From positions 1,312,001-1,376,000 of the forward strand of contig JBMNFY010000017.1 in the NCBI GenBank assembly GCA_050949565.1: a stretch of DNA of 64,000 nucleotides, written 5' to 3'. Positions within the stretch are counted from its first letter, which is position 1; each line of letters opens with the position of its first letter. Both the position numbers and the translations under genes were made by a program. Below, piece after piece: positions 38,301 to 47,869 of this stretch. Below the pieces are notes generated by a model. The model saw only the letters and a program-made list of their open reading frames with translations. It was not told the DNA's origin and did not search any database. The stretch is from Kiritimatiellia bacterium. GTDB lineage: Bacteria > Verrucomicrobiota > Kiritimatiellia > RFP12 > UBA1067.

Positions 38301-40122
38301 GTACATCTTCCAGAAAGAGCCAAGTGACGGTGGTGACGCGTTGGCGCACGCTCTCCGGATCGACGACCGCAGCGCGCAGCGTGGTGGTGGCGGTCACGGA
38401 CAACGGGGCCGTGTAGAGCGGGCTGTCGGCTGCGGGCGTACTGCCGTCGAGCGTGTAACGGATCTCGGCATCCGGGCGTTCGGGGCAGATGAGCGTGGCG
38501 GTGAAGGGCGCCGTCTTATAGCCGCGCGGTTCGCTGACCACGACTAGGGGCGTCGGGACGGTGTAGCCGCGACTGTTCGCGGCACCGGGGGTCGGCGTCT
38601 TGAAATAGAACGGAAGCTCAGCGGCGGTACGCCACGTCAGCACAGGTTGAATTAAAAAGTCCCCGTCGCTAGCGGCTTGGTTGAGCGCAGTGACAGTCAG
38701 CACGTTGGTGCCTGCGGTGAAAAGGTCTGGCGGCAGGACAAAGGCCAGCGGCTCGATTGCCGTCGCGATCGGACGCGCTGCAGTGGCGGTGCTGTTCCAA
38801 AAAAGCGTTGCGGGCATGTTGAGCGACGCGACCGGCGTGCCATTCAGCGAGGCACTGAAACCGTCTGCAACGCGCACGGCGAGCAGCAACGTGTCACCCG
38901 GTGCGGGTATGGTGTCGAGGACAAACTGCCACTCAGCATCGAGACGGGCGTTGATGCCCAGCATCGTATCGGAGACATCGGTGTCGGCGAAGGCACCGAT
39001 GGCACCGGCATGCAGCAGGCCGCCGGCGGGGTCGCCCACCAGCTTGAAAGCGGTCGCATCAAACGCGCCGTGGCTACCTTGCGCGGCAGAGAATTCGAGT
39101 GCCGCTCCGCCCGTGTTTTCGAAATAGGAGAGCGTAAGCGCATAAGTACCGGCCACGGGGAAATTAAAGACGCCCAGCGTGTTGCCGAATCCGCGTCCGG
39201 CCGCAAACTCAGTGGAGAAAGAAACTCCATGCCCATCGATCCGCAGGCGGAAGCCATCATCGCTGCCGACACAGAAGGTCCACGTTCCGGCCTGCGGCAC
39301 ATAGAGCGTGGTCTCGGCTGTGACCACAAAGTAGTTGATGTTCTCTCCGACATTCAATCCTGGGAAGGGCAGGTCGTGGGTGAAAGCCCCCGAGTCACTC
39401 GATTCGTAGAAGTCGATGACCTCGTAGGCACCGGCCACCGGATAGGTTCGGTCGGTAGCCCAAGCGGACGGATTCGCGACCATGCTTTCGGCGACATCGA
39501 TATTCGCGATGGCACTGGTCATCCGGTAGAAACGCACGGTGTAAGCGCCGACATGGCTACTGAAACCCAGCGCACCGTTGGCCTCTTGCCAAGGCGCATT
39601 GCCGGCGGCGTTCGGTACGCGGTAGCGCACAGGCGTTGTGGCATCAATCGGCGTGCACACGCGCGGCGCGCGGCCATACGAGACCCCTTTTATCTGCGGC
39701 GGATAAGCGGGCTGGTAGGCATCGTGCAACGTCGTGCCGTCGGGACCGATCAGACCCAAAAACTCACCATCCTTCGAGAGGCTGAACGATGCGTGCAGTT
39801 CACCGTTGGTGACAGCAACGGGCGAACTGTCTGCGAACACCACGAGATAGCCGTTGGACGCCAGCGACGTGCCGTCCGGGATGCGCCACTTGGTGAGGTC
39901 CGATGCGTTGTCGCTCAGGAACCAACCACCGAGGTCAACCGGATCGGGACCGCTATTATGCAGTTCAATCCAGTCGCTGGCCTCGCCCGCGGCCGTCAGC
40001 AGTCCGCCATCGTTATCGGCGACAAACTCGCTGATCGTGACCGCCGCGCGCGCCGACGAAAGCACTAGCAACGCCAGCACCAACCAGCACGATCGCCGCA
40101 TGATGTGAAGAATGCTTGCCAT
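35338..40122 (-). CDS. Secreted multidomain protein: lamin-tail domains, PA14, FN3-associated and CotH kinase domain (start 40122 or 40101)
   Basis: VTISEFVADN...DWIELHN, GSDDGFRL, YTLDGSTP, GLRIRGAFSR, YHLYINGQYWGLY, SELMY...WLELRN. Confidence 0.88.
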   Translation of the reverse strand: MASILHIMRRSCWLVLALLVLSSARAAVTISEFVADNDGGLLTAAGEASDWIELHNSGPDPVDLGGWFLSDNASDLTKWRIPDGTSLASNGYLVVFADSSPVAVTNGELHASFSLSKDGEFLGLIGPDGTTLHDAYQPAYPPQIKGVSYGRAPRVCTPIDATTPVRYRVPNAAGNAPWQEANGALGFSSHVGAYTVRFYRMTSAIANIDVAESMVANPSAWATDRTYPVAGAYEVIDFYESSDSGAFTHDLPFPGLNVGENINYFVVTAETTLYVPQAGTWTFCVGSDDGFRLRIDGHGVSFSTEFAAGRGFGNTLGVFNFPVAGTYALTLSYFENTGGAALEFSAAQGSHGAFDATAFKLVGDPAGGLLHAGAIGAFADTDVSDTMLGINARLDAEWQFVLDTIPAPGDTLLLAVRVADGFSASLNGTPVASLNMPATLFWNSTATAARPIATAIEPLAFVLPPDLFTAGTNVLTVTALNQAASDGDFLIQPVLTWRTAAELPFYFKTPTPGAANSRGYTVPTPLVVVSEPRGYKTAPFTATLICPERPDAEIRYTLDGSTPAADSPLYTAPLSVTATTTLRAAVVDPESVRQRVTTVTWLFLEDVLRQGTTPPPGWPADRAVNNHKMEYGMRQEIVDGDPVRLRAGMTNAIPSISLVTDLAHLFGPQTGIYAYPGNDGIGWERPVSVELIDPVRGAAAEFHIDAGLRIRGAFSRSVDNPKHSLRLFFRSVYGESKLRFPLFDSEGASVFDKVDLRTSQNYSWAFQNSDRDTFVRETFSRDAQREMGMPYTRSRYYHLYINGQYWGLYQTQERGEADFAATYMGGDSDDWDCIKTSSPGYTTTASDGTFDAFNAFHEIAVNQGFSGAYANNYMRVKGLNPDGSRNPAYPVYLDEDNLICYMLCSYYTGDPDAPIGCSGTKPNNMYALYNRVQPDGFKWLRHDAEHSLGANGGVTADTTHLGANLLSQDLFNPATLHHQLCAHPAYRLRFADLVQRHLYGDGIFTPERAQALFQSRMDEIDLAIIGESARWGRGRTRDATWLPACNSVLNTYLTQRRDIVAAQFRARGWLPALAAPRFSTNSAAVPPGYQLLVSTTNTFYYTTDGTDPRLPDGSIHPAAIVVDVAQTPTPPQSLVARGAVWRYYDLGVEPATQGALTWRDRTYNAAAWAQGPALLGFAGSATANSVATVTRRYVNGVSGTQVTTTYFRHTFSLASTENIAALKLELLRDDGAIISLNGTEILRDNMPAGAVSYATWASAVVGSPAQNTYFEKTLDVAHLLRTGENVLAVELHQCNATSSDLYFDLALSTVSPAALADSHCATVTVDRAVTVLARAYNGNEWSALAEVALSVARPADYYAPLHVSELMYAPYAPEAGSPYKNDDFAWLELRNAGAVPLALEGVQFVSGISHTFGVVALGPGARLVLAKNPVAFAERHGDGMAVEAWQSGNLARKGETLALVDPHGSNILTFTYSNVWYPETYNTGRSLVVVDAAAPEPLWSSADNWRPSRVASGTPGLPDAAIFTAVRMDEEGTLQLDASGLEGTVELWFSDDLVIWQPCAPEAWSLNGGRLDVDLRHPSLPAGPRGFFQIRLRD

Positions 40123-40197
40123 GTTTCTGCAAGTATGCCACACACCGCTCCCAAATGACAAGTCCGTTCTAGTCCCAGTTTTTTAAAATCTTTGCCT

Positions 40198-40225
40198 TTG
40201 ACATTGGGCGCAGATTCGCTAATCT
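40198..40225 (+). promoter_or_regulatory. Sigma70-type promoter for tRNA-Pro
   Basis: TTGACA-16 bp-TAATCT about 40 bp upstream of the tRNA. Confidence 0.6.
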
Positions 40226-40263
40226 ATGCGCTTATTCAATTCAGCCCTTGCTGTCTTTCACGT

Positions 40264-40340
40264 CGGAGCGTAGCGCAGCCTGGTAGCGCGTTTGGTTCGG
40301 GACCAAAAGGTCGAGGGTTCAACTCCCTCCGCTCCGACCA
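40264..40340 (+). tRNA. tRNA-Pro (anticodon CGG)
   Basis: Acceptor stem CGGAGCG/CGCTCCG, D arm GCGCAGCCTGGTAGCGC, anticodon arm TTTGG-TTCGGGA-CCAAA, GGTTCAACT T loop, encoded CCA. Confidence 0.97.
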
Positions 40341-40366
40341 TTTCTTTTCAGAGAGTCGTATTTTCG

Positions 40367-43273
40367 TCACTGCCGCTTGAAGACGTAGTTGAACCGGCGC
40401 TCTGGAGCATCGTCGCCTTGGATCGTTGGATGACGGTCAAGGCTTTCGGGGTTGTCCTTCCAATGGAACTCGAATTTGAGTGGAGAAGAACCGAAGAGTT
40501 TTTGCGGCAACAGCAGTTCGACCTCGCGGGCACCGATGCGAATCGGCACGAAACTCACGTTTTCCCAGTGTCCTGCGATCGGAGAACCGCGCCACACGTC
40601 CAGCGAGGCGCGCGTGCCGTCTGCGGAAACCATGCGGTTCACGCGCAGATCATATCCGTACCACCCCGTCTCCGCCTGCGCATCGGCATTCACGAAAAGA
40701 ACCATCCAATTGGGGTCCGTGTGGGGTGAAAGGAAGTTTGCCGTCTGCGCATAAAACGCCACTTGTCCTTGCGGCGTTTCAGCGACCTTCAACTTCGCAA
40801 TGTCGTTGCGGCCGCTCGTATCCGTGTAGTGAACCTGACCGCATCCCCTGTGGTTGCGGTGAATCACATCGCCAATGGCATCGCGGTACGTGGGTTGGAC
40901 TGCCGCCCAGTCGTCAAACGATCCGTCCACGCTGATGGCATACGTGTTCGTTGCGACGGGCACGGAACGCGCTCCCTTGTAGCGGCGGATGTTGGCCGCA
41001 AGCTGATAGTAGTAGTTGTCGCCATGGCCACCCTTCATGGGTTCGCAGTCGCGGCTGTACTCCTGATTATACTGATCCACGAAGAGACCGCCGGGGAAGT
41101 AGCAGTCTGTCTCGGCGTCGAATCTGCTCCACTTTGTCATGCGTCCGGCGCGCCACTCGTTCCAGCCCGTCACGAAAATGAAGAGCGGGTCGTGCTTCAG
41201 CGCCCAATCCCACTGGTTCTGGAAAAAGATGCCGCGATTCACAGCCGCCGGGTCGGGATCAATCGCGCCGTCGTGCCAGCTACGCCCCATCGCACCGTCC
41301 TTGTGGGACATCGGCGCGGGGCCAGGTTGCCCCGGCAAGGCGTTTACCGCCACGCCCACACTCATCTGCTCGGCCTGTCCAAGGCTGTTCGTGAACACAT
41401 GTTGCGGCGAGACTTCAAGCCAGCTCCACTGGTCGGGAGCCCAAGGGCCGCGCCGATAGTCGGCCTCGGGGTAACGGAACGTGAAGAACTCCTTCATGCC
41501 GGGCAACTTGGCGCAGCGCGGATCGGCTAAGACGAGCGGCTTCCCCTGCCAGCGATACCATAGGTCCTTCCACTTACCGGGGCGATAAAGATCGTACCAC
41601 AACTGATCCAACACAATTGCCGCGCGCTCGGGACGGCCGCTGAACGTGAACGGACAGATGAAAGCAATCTGCGGAGTGGGGGTGCCCTGTTCGCGTAGGC
41701 GTGTCCAGGCCCGGCACAGCGCTTCGTACTGCTCCTTGAAGGTCCACGGCGGGTTCGTGGTGTCGAAAAACACCGCATCCACGCCGGCGGCGGCAAGAAG
41801 GATGGCATGGTGCGTGAGCACGTATTCGTCGGTCGCCCGGTAATAGCCATACTCGCTCTCGCCCCACCAGTGTGATGTACATGGTGGCCAGCTCACAATG
41901 CCGTCGCGGGCATTGGCCGTAAGCTTCGTGTTGTCGTAGGGGCCAAGCTCGTCACGGTGCCACGTCCAGTAGAAGATGCCCACGCTGCGGTCCGTGCGTG
42001 GCGCACCACAGGCCGCGGCATCAGGCAGCTCTCGTCCGAGGCCATCGACGGCTGCCCAAGTGTCGCACATCAAGTCGTACAAAACGGGAGCCTCATCCAC
42101 TACCTGCACGGAAGCTGATCCGAAGGTGTTCTTCTTCGCTGTCACGCGAATGGGTGCCTGCGCTGCACGCGGATCGTCACACAACTCAATACTGAGCCCA
42201 TAGAGATGGTAACCACGTGCGGGGTCGAGATTGCAGATGCGCAGTGTAAGCGAGTCCTCCTCGACCGCGTAAAACGGATACGTGATGCGCGAGACGGGAT
42301 GGAAGTTCTGCCATGTGGTGATCGAGGCGGGCGGCAAGGGGCCGTCCCCGTCCATATCGAACGAAAGAACGGCGGGACGCCCACGACTGCCGGAGGCTTC
42401 AAACGCGCGCTGGTAGATCGTGATGCGGTGCCAATGCCCTTTCTTTAGTCCTTTGAATTCAATTGGCTTCTCCGGGGTGAATCCCCACGCGAAGTCACTG
42501 AAAAGCGAATAGAGACCATGATGCCGCGGCACACCTACATTCTCCATCCGCATCAGATTTCCGCTGCTTCCCGGAAGACCGCTCACGCCAGCCGCACCCG
42601 GACCGTTCACATGACGGAACGTCACCCAGCATGCCACAGCGTTCGTGGGGTTCGGCCCGAAATCAAGCAGATGCGTATACGTTTTATTCGTGGAGAGGCC
42701 GCTATCAAAATCGTTTTCGAACGGGATCTCCTCCGGTCTCGGGAACTCGCCCGTCCACAGGCGTCCCGTCCCTGAAAGTTCCTCGAACGCAAGATCCTTC
42801 GTCGCATGCAAACAGGCGGCAGCGCCGATGTGCACCTTCGCCGTCACGCCGTCATCTGCAAGGCGCACAAGGCCCTCTTCTAGATTAAGCGCGACGAAGC
42901 GAGCACTTTGGGCGCACACGACCATGCCGCCGCCGCGCACGGTTACACGCGGTGCCGTATCCACGAGTGCCACGGCATTGGACGTTCCCGCGTCTGCAAT
43001 CCATTCGGGAATTTCGGCCAGACCCTCAAGGCAGAAGCCGTTCGAGCGGAATCGCACCCGTGAGGCCGTCACGCCCTCAAGTACACGCACACGGCACGCC
43101 GAACCGGCGAACACGGCCTCAGCGCCATTCTTCCAAGCGCACGCCGTTCCTTTGTCGTCCATCCAGTTCTGCGCCGCGCCGCCCCATGTGTCGCCGTCAA
43201 CGCCGTTCCACGTCAGCACTTCGGCCTGCACACCAACCGCGCACAGGTACCCACAAATCATCTTTTTAAGCAT
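40367..43273 (-). CDS. Secreted glycoside hydrolase-like protein (GH71/GH99-like barrel) with N-terminal beta-strand-rich region
   Basis: VGIFYWTWH, HWWGESEYGYY, AVFFDTTN, FVTGWNEW, EYSRDCEP, IDGSFDDW-like C-terminal domain. Confidence 0.7.
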   Translation of the reverse strand: MLKKMICGYLCAVGVQAEVLTWNGVDGDTWGGAAQNWMDDKGTACAWKNGAEAVFAGSACRVRVLEGVTASRVRFRSNGFCLEGLAEIPEWIADAGTSNAVALVDTAPRVTVRGGGMVVCAQSARFVALNLEEGLVRLADDGVTAKVHIGAAACLHATKDLAFEELSGTGRLWTGEFPRPEEIPFENDFDSGLSTNKTYTHLLDFGPNPTNAVACWVTFRHVNGPGAAGVSGLPGSSGNLMRMENVGVPRHHGLYSLFSDFAWGFTPEKPIEFKGLKKGHWHRITIYQRAFEASGSRGRPAVLSFDMDGDGPLPPASITTWQNFHPVSRITYPFYAVEEDSLTLRICNLDPARGYHLYGLSIELCDDPRAAQAPIRVTAKKNTFGSASVQVVDEAPVLYDLMCDTWAAVDGLGRELPDAAACGAPRTDRSVGIFYWTWHRDELGPYDNTKLTANARDGIVSWPPCTSHWWGESEYGYYRATDEYVLTHHAILLAAAGVDAVFFDTTNPPWTFKEQYEALCRAWTRLREQGTPTPQIAFICPFTFSGRPERAAIVLDQLWYDLYRPGKWKDLWYRWQGKPLVLADPRCAKLPGMKEFFTFRYPEADYRRGPWAPDQWSWLEVSPQHVFTNSLGQAEQMSVGVAVNALPGQPGPAPMSHKDGAMGRSWHDGAIDPDPAAVNRGIFFQNQWDWALKHDPLFIFVTGWNEWRAGRMTKWSRFDAETDCYFPGGLFVDQYNQEYSRDCEPMKGGHGDNYYYQLAANIRRYKGARSVPVATNTYAISVDGSFDDWAAVQPTYRDAIGDVIHRNHRGCGQVHYTDTSGRNDIAKLKVAETPQGQVAFYAQTANFLSPHTDPNWMVLFVNADAQAETGWYGYDLRVNRMVSADGTRASLDVWRGSPIAGHWENVSFVPIRIGAREVELLLPQKLFGSSPLKFEFHWKDNPESLDRHPTIQGDDAPERRFNYVFKRQ

Positions 43274-43367
43274 GCTACATCTCACTGCAAGATAAGGACC
43301 AGACCTCGTGTACTGTACAGGTTGGCGGTCAACGTGTTAGCACAGGAATCCACACCACCTCTTACCC

Positions 43368-44855
43368 TCAGTGCGGACGGACCACGCCCTCGACAGCTAC
43401 AGAGGGCACACGGACGACGATCGAACGACGGAACGCCGGCAACCGCGGCGCCTTGACCGTGACCCGGCGGTCCTCCCAAGGCAGATAGCAGTCGAGATCG
43501 CAGTTCCGGAACGGCACGTCCTGATCCGAGAGAACCTGTGCGCGGTTCCCCTCAACGAGTTCACTCCGCCAGTCGCTGACCTTGTCGCGGCACCAGATGA
43601 TGGACGTCTTCTTCCCGCGCAGACCGTACATCCGCAACCGCCGCGATTCGGTGTAGAACGGCTTCATCTCTTCGGCAACTGGATCAAGGCCCTCGATCGC
43701 CTTCGCGAAGCGTCCGAAATGCCACCAGAGATTGTTGCCATCGATGTACTGGTGGTCCCAGTGCCAGAACTGGCCGCAACCCGCCGACCCCGCGAAAAAC
43801 GCTGCAAAGACGGCATCGTGCAAAAGCGTGCCCTCTTTGTCGAAGGGGTAGTAAGGGAAGGGGCCGGCATGATTCGCCTGAACAGCGCCGACCTCCGCGA
43901 CGATCGCTGGCTTCGGCGAGCGGTCGAGCAATTCGCGTGTCGCGCTCGCGGCCACCACGTCCATCGACGCGCGACAGACATCGAGGCAGGCTCCGGTGTC
44001 GAGGTAGCGGTGAATCTGCATGAAGTCGTTGCCCTTCTCCTGCGCGAGCGCGTCGTACATCTGATAGGCGCCCACGTCGGAAAAGCTGCCGAGGTTGTTG
44101 ACCGTGAGTTGACGCGGGAACATCCGCTTCAACTCATCGAGCGCCCACTCGGACCATTCCGAATACTGGGCGATTGAGCCACAGCAGTTGATCTCGTTCC
44201 AGAGCTCCCAGCAGTAGACCGCAGGCGAATCGGCGAAGCCAAGGTCCTTGAAGTACTGCGCCTTGCGAAGGTAAATCGCACGGCACTCCGGCGAACGGAA
44301 GAACTCGGCAACGTTCTTCGCGTACGGCGCGTAGAGCGGACGGTTGAAGATGCCGTTGTAGTCGAAGTTCACCTTCGGCTGCGCCGTCTTCGCCTGCACC
44401 TCGGGCGAGAGACACATCCGGAAGCTTTCGAAGGTGATCTTCACCTTGATGCCGAGCTCCTCGCAGAGGGCGACGATGCCCTTCATCGTCTTCGTCTTCT
44501 CGGCGTCCCACACGCCGGGCTTCTCGGGCATCACCTCGAGCGAGCGGTGTCCGGCCCAGAGGCGGATGCAGTTGCCGCCGTTCGCGGCAAAGCGCCGCAG
44601 CCAGCGTTCGAAATTCGCGCGCACCTCGGCGTCCGAGACGTTGAGCCGGTCGAAGCAGACGTTGCAGCCGATTGGAATCCACGTCTTCTCCGTGGCACCC
44701 TCGACGAAGTAGCGCGGATGCTTCCGCGAGACCTCGATTAGTTTCGGAGCCACATGTCCGGAATCATCGGCACCATTCACGGCCATCGGCACGCCCGCGA
44801 CCATCCCGCACAGCAGCACAATCAGACAACCGCATTCAGCTAAACGACTTTTCAT
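43368..44855 (-). CDS. Clan GH-A (GH5-like) glycoside hydrolase
   Basis: WIPIGCN, ANGGNCIRLW, WELWNEIN, QIHRY, IVAEVG, QFWHWD; signal peptide. Confidence 0.75.
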   Translation of the reverse strand: MKSRLAECGCLIVLLCGMVAGVPMAVNGADDSGHVAPKLIEVSRKHPRYFVEGATEKTWIPIGCNVCFDRLNVSDAEVRANFERWLRRFAANGGNCIRLWAGHRSLEVMPEKPGVWDAEKTKTMKGIVALCEELGIKVKITFESFRMCLSPEVQAKTAQPKVNFDYNGIFNRPLYAPYAKNVAEFFRSPECRAIYLRKAQYFKDLGFADSPAVYCWELWNEINCCGSIAQYSEWSEWALDELKRMFPRQLTVNNLGSFSDVGAYQMYDALAQEKGNDFMQIHRYLDTGACLDVCRASMDVVAASATRELLDRSPKPAIVAEVGAVQANHAGPFPYYPFDKEGTLLHDAVFAAFFAGSAGCGQFWHWDHQYIDGNNLWWHFGRFAKAIEGLDPVAEEMKPFYTESRRLRMYGLRGKKTSIIWCRDKVSDWRSELVEGNRAQVLSDQDVPFRNCDLDCYLPWEDRRVTVKAPRLPAFRRSIVVRVPSVAVEGVVRPH

Positions 44856-45023
44856 TGTTTCTCCTTGCCGCACGTTATACCATATCTTCGAGATTTATTC
44901 GTCCTCCAATTCAAGGCACTTCACGGCGCAGTCGAAATACACGGGGTTCCCGCATTTGGCTTTCCATCAAACGCTGTATGATGGGCTTGTGACCCGACCC
45001 CGTTGTTTGTTACTCTGAGGGCC

Positions 45024-45947
45024 ATGCGATATTTCTGGCCTATTTATTTGACGGCGTTTGTGGCTGGCACGGTGATTGTCTTTATGGCGGCACCTCTGGC
45101 TCGGCCATACGTTCCTGAATGGATGAAAGTCTCGACACCGTCGGCGACGACGAATGTTGTACGGCCTGTTGCTGCCGCGCGCATCCAGAGTTCCGGTCGC
45201 ACGGCGTCCGCAAATTCGACTGCCGCCGGGCAAGCATCCACCGCCATCCAAGAAATGCACCCTGACGAACTGCCGCCGGCCTTGCATGGCATCTATCTGG
45301 CACAGCGTAGCGAACGGCCCGGCTGGGGCATCACGCACCAACGTGCCGCCTATTACACGCCCGACGGCTCGCGCGTCGGCCATGTGGAAGGCGGCGTGCT
45401 GTTCGACTTCCAAGGTGTGCGTACCTCTTCCAAAGGCAGTATGGTCGAGTGTATCCTGCATGAGGATAACATCCCGGCCACGCCTATGCTGATCAGCGCG
45501 TCTGACGCCTTCCTCTTCACCGGCGACCACAAGAAGCTCTCGCAGCGGCAGCGTAATGACCTGAAGGCTTATTATACGTTGACCGGAAAAATAGCGGGCC
45601 GCAGGAAAGAGATTCTCCAGCAGGCGGCTGACAAGAATCCCTTTTTTTCGGAGTACCAAGCAGCCTACAAGACGCTCATGACCCACGTCGAAAAGGCCAA
45701 ACAACTTTCGAGAAAACGTGACAAGGCTACCGATCAGGAGAAGATACAGATCGAGGACACCCTGCGGCAAATGAAGACGACCGAAGCGCAACTCCGCAAA
45801 ACATATGATGCGATCCACCTGAAGTTCCGCACTTGGAAGGAGCAGCACGCCGACGAGATCCCCAAGCCGGAGGACGACGCGCAGATTCAGCAATGGACCC
45901 AACAGCGGCTCGCCCTAATCCCGCGCGTACCGGGTCTGGCCTACTAA
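45024..45947 (+). CDS. Hypothetical membrane-anchored protein with C-terminal coiled coil
   Basis: N-terminal transmembrane segment, Ala/Thr/Ser linker, helical K/Q/E-rich C-terminal half. Confidence 0.7.
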   Translation: MRYFWPIYLTAFVAGTVIVFMAAPLARPYVPEWMKVSTPSATTNVVRPVAAARIQSSGRTASANSTAAGQASTAIQEMHPDELPPALHGIYLAQRSERPGWGITHQRAAYYTPDGSRVGHVEGGVLFDFQGVRTSSKGSMVECILHEDNIPATPMLISASDAFLFTGDHKKLSQRQRNDLKAYYTLTGKIAGRRKEILQQAADKNPFFSEYQAAYKTLMTHVEKAKQLSRKRDKATDQEKIQIEDTLRQMKTTEAQLRKTYDAIHLKFRTWKEQHADEIPKPEDDAQIQQWTQQRLALIPRVPGLAY

Positions 45948-45953
45948 CGCATA

Positions 45954-46742
45954 TCACTCACCGTGATGCGGTGTGTGCATCGCTGGCGTCGGATCAAGCA
46001 CATGGCAGTCGGCCCCGTGGCGGATCGCCGTCAGACTGCCGCCGAATGCCTCGGTGAAGGTCGCCGAGGCCACCTCGCCCAAGGCGTGCATGCCCGCCGT
46101 ACCGTTGATGCAAAGCACATGGGTCGCGTGTCCAGTCACCACGCTCAAATTGTGTGAGACCATCATCACCGTGATCTCTTGCGTGAGTGCCTTGAAGAGC
46201 TCATACAGACGGCTGGCATGCTCCGGATCGACATTCGCCACCGGTTCGTCCAGCAACAGCAACTCGGAGCCGCCCGCCAACGCCTGCGCGATCAGTACGC
46301 GCTGACGTTCGCCACCGGACAACTCGGCAAACGCACGCCGCCCGAAACCGGATAGCCCCACCCGCTCCAACGCCAACTGGGCCGCCGCGCGGTCGGCCCG
46401 GCCGTAGTGCCCGAAACGGCTCTTGGCCACACGCCCCATCAGCACCACCTCATTCACCGAGACCGGAAAAGCCGGATCGAACGGCGCGGCTTGAGGCACG
46501 TAGCCGACGCGCGTACGCGCCACTGCAGGATCGGCACCCAACACGCGGATCGTGCCGTAACGCGGCGCGTACTCGCCCAGCAGCAGTTTGAGTAGCGTGG
46601 TCTTGCCCCCGCCGTTCGGACCGACCACCGCCACCAACGCATGCGGTGCCACACTGAAGGTGACATTGTGCAACACCTCCTGCCCATTGTAGGAGAAGCA
46701 GACATCGCGCACATCGATGACTGGCTCTGCAGCAACACTCAC
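45954..46742 (-). CDS. znuC: Zn/Mn ABC transporter ATP-binding protein
   Basis: GPNGGGKTT, GYVPQ, LSGGERQRV, LLLDEP; GTGA overlap with the znuA stop. Confidence 0.85.
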   Translation of the reverse strand: MSVAAEPVIDVRDVCFSYNGQEVLHNVTFSVAPHALVAVVGPNGGGKTTLLKLLLGEYAPRYGTIRVLGADPAVARTRVGYVPQAAPFDPAFPVSVNEVVLMGRVAKSRFGHYGRADRAAAQLALERVGLSGFGRRAFAELSGGERQRVLIAQALAGGSELLLLDEPVANVDPEHASRLYELFKALTQEITVMMVSHNLSVVTGHATHVLCINGTAGMHALGEVASATFTEAFGGSLTAIRHGADCHVLDPTPAMHTPHHGE

Positions 46743-47611
46743 GGCGCGTCTCCCGCCGCCAGTTTCGCCGCCACGTCGCGCATCATTTCCGGCCACGCCT
46801 CGGCCAGCGGATCAATCACCTCGACACGCGCGCCGATCTGCCGCGCCAGCGTCACCACCGGCCGCCGATCATACTGCGGCTCGGCGAATACAGTCCGCAC
46901 GCCAGCCTCCCGCGCTTGCCGGATGACCGACGCCAAATGCCGTGCGGAGGGCGTTCTGCCTTCCTCTTCAACCGCCAGCAACACGAGCCCGTAGCTCTCC
47001 GCAAAATATGACCACGATGGATGGTAGACCACCCATGTGCGCGTCCGCAACCCCGTCAACCGTTCACGCACCGTAACATCGGTCGCCTGAATCTCGGCCA
47101 CCGTCGCCGTCAGCCGCTCCGCCAGCCCCGGCCGCGACGTTGACAATGTTCGCTCCAGGGCCGTCACAGTGTTCGAGGCCATGACACACATCAGATGCGG
47201 TGCCAGCCAGATATGCGGATCGCCTCCCGCCGTGCAGCAGGCATGCCCCGGCGCACCGTGATCGTGGCCTTCATGGTGACCGTGCACGTGTGAGCCGCGC
47301 TTAGCGATACCGGCGTCCATCGCCGCCACCACCAGCGACGGATTGAGCGTTGCGGCGCGCGTGATCAGCGGCGTCTCGAACGGCATGCCGACCGTCAAGT
47401 AGAGCGAGGCCTCCGACAGCTTGCGGAGTTGGCGCGAATCGGGCTCGTACGTATGCGGGTTCGCTCCTGCGGCCAGTAGCGTCTGCACCTCGGCTGCATC
47501 GCCGGCCAACCGCTTGACCAGCCACGCCTGCGGCGGGATCGACACGAACACCACAGGCCGTGCCTGCACACCGAGCACCGCGAGCAACAGGAAGAGCGCA
47601 CAGAACCTCAT
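46739..47611 (-). CDS. znuA: Zn/Mn ABC transporter substrate-binding protein with His-rich loop
   Basis: NPHTYEP, HVHGHHEGHDH, DPHIWL, YHPSWSYFA. Confidence 0.88.
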   Translation of the reverse strand: MRFCALFLLLAVLGVQARPVVFVSIPPQAWLVKRLAGDAAEVQTLLAAGANPHTYEPDSRQLRKLSEASLYLTVGMPFETPLITRAATLNPSLVVAAMDAGIAKRGSHVHGHHEGHDHGAPGHACCTAGGDPHIWLAPHLMCVMASNTVTALERTLSTSRPGLAERLTATVAEIQATDVTVRERLTGLRTRTWVVYHPSWSYFAESYGLVLLAVEEEGRTPSARHLASVIRQAREAGVRTVFAEPQYDRRPVVTLARQIGARVEVIDPLAEAWPEMMRDVAAKLAAGDAP

Positions 47612-47859
47612 CCGCGCTCCTTGGCCAGCGCGGACTTCACCGACACCCCGGCGATCTTGCCGAGACGTCCGGAGAGCGCCCCCAGTTCGTCGGTCGTGGT
47701 CTCCACCACCAACGTGATCACCGAGATGTCCTTATCTTGGCGCGGCAGACCCACGCGCGCCAAGATGATCTCCGCGTGTTCAGACAACACGCGGTTGACC
47801 GCCTCGACGCTTTCGCGATTCTCTAGGATGATGCCGACAAACCCGATGCGCCGCCCCAT
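47608..47859 (-). CDS. TM1266-family (iron-only hydrogenase system putative regulator) ACT/NikR-C-like protein
   Basis: RIGFVGIILENRESVEAVNRVLSEH...RVGLP...LSGRLGKIAGVSVKS. Confidence 0.85.
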   Translation of the reverse strand: MGRRIGFVGIILENRESVEAVNRVLSEHAEIILARVGLPRQDKDISVITLVVETTTDELGALSGRLGKIAGVSVKSALAKERG

Positions 47860-47869
47860 TCCGCGCCCC

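Noticed and set aside
40264-44990. Integrative island at tRNA-Pro carrying two glycoside hydrolase genes
   Set aside because: No integrase and no duplicated tRNA 3' end found by eye.
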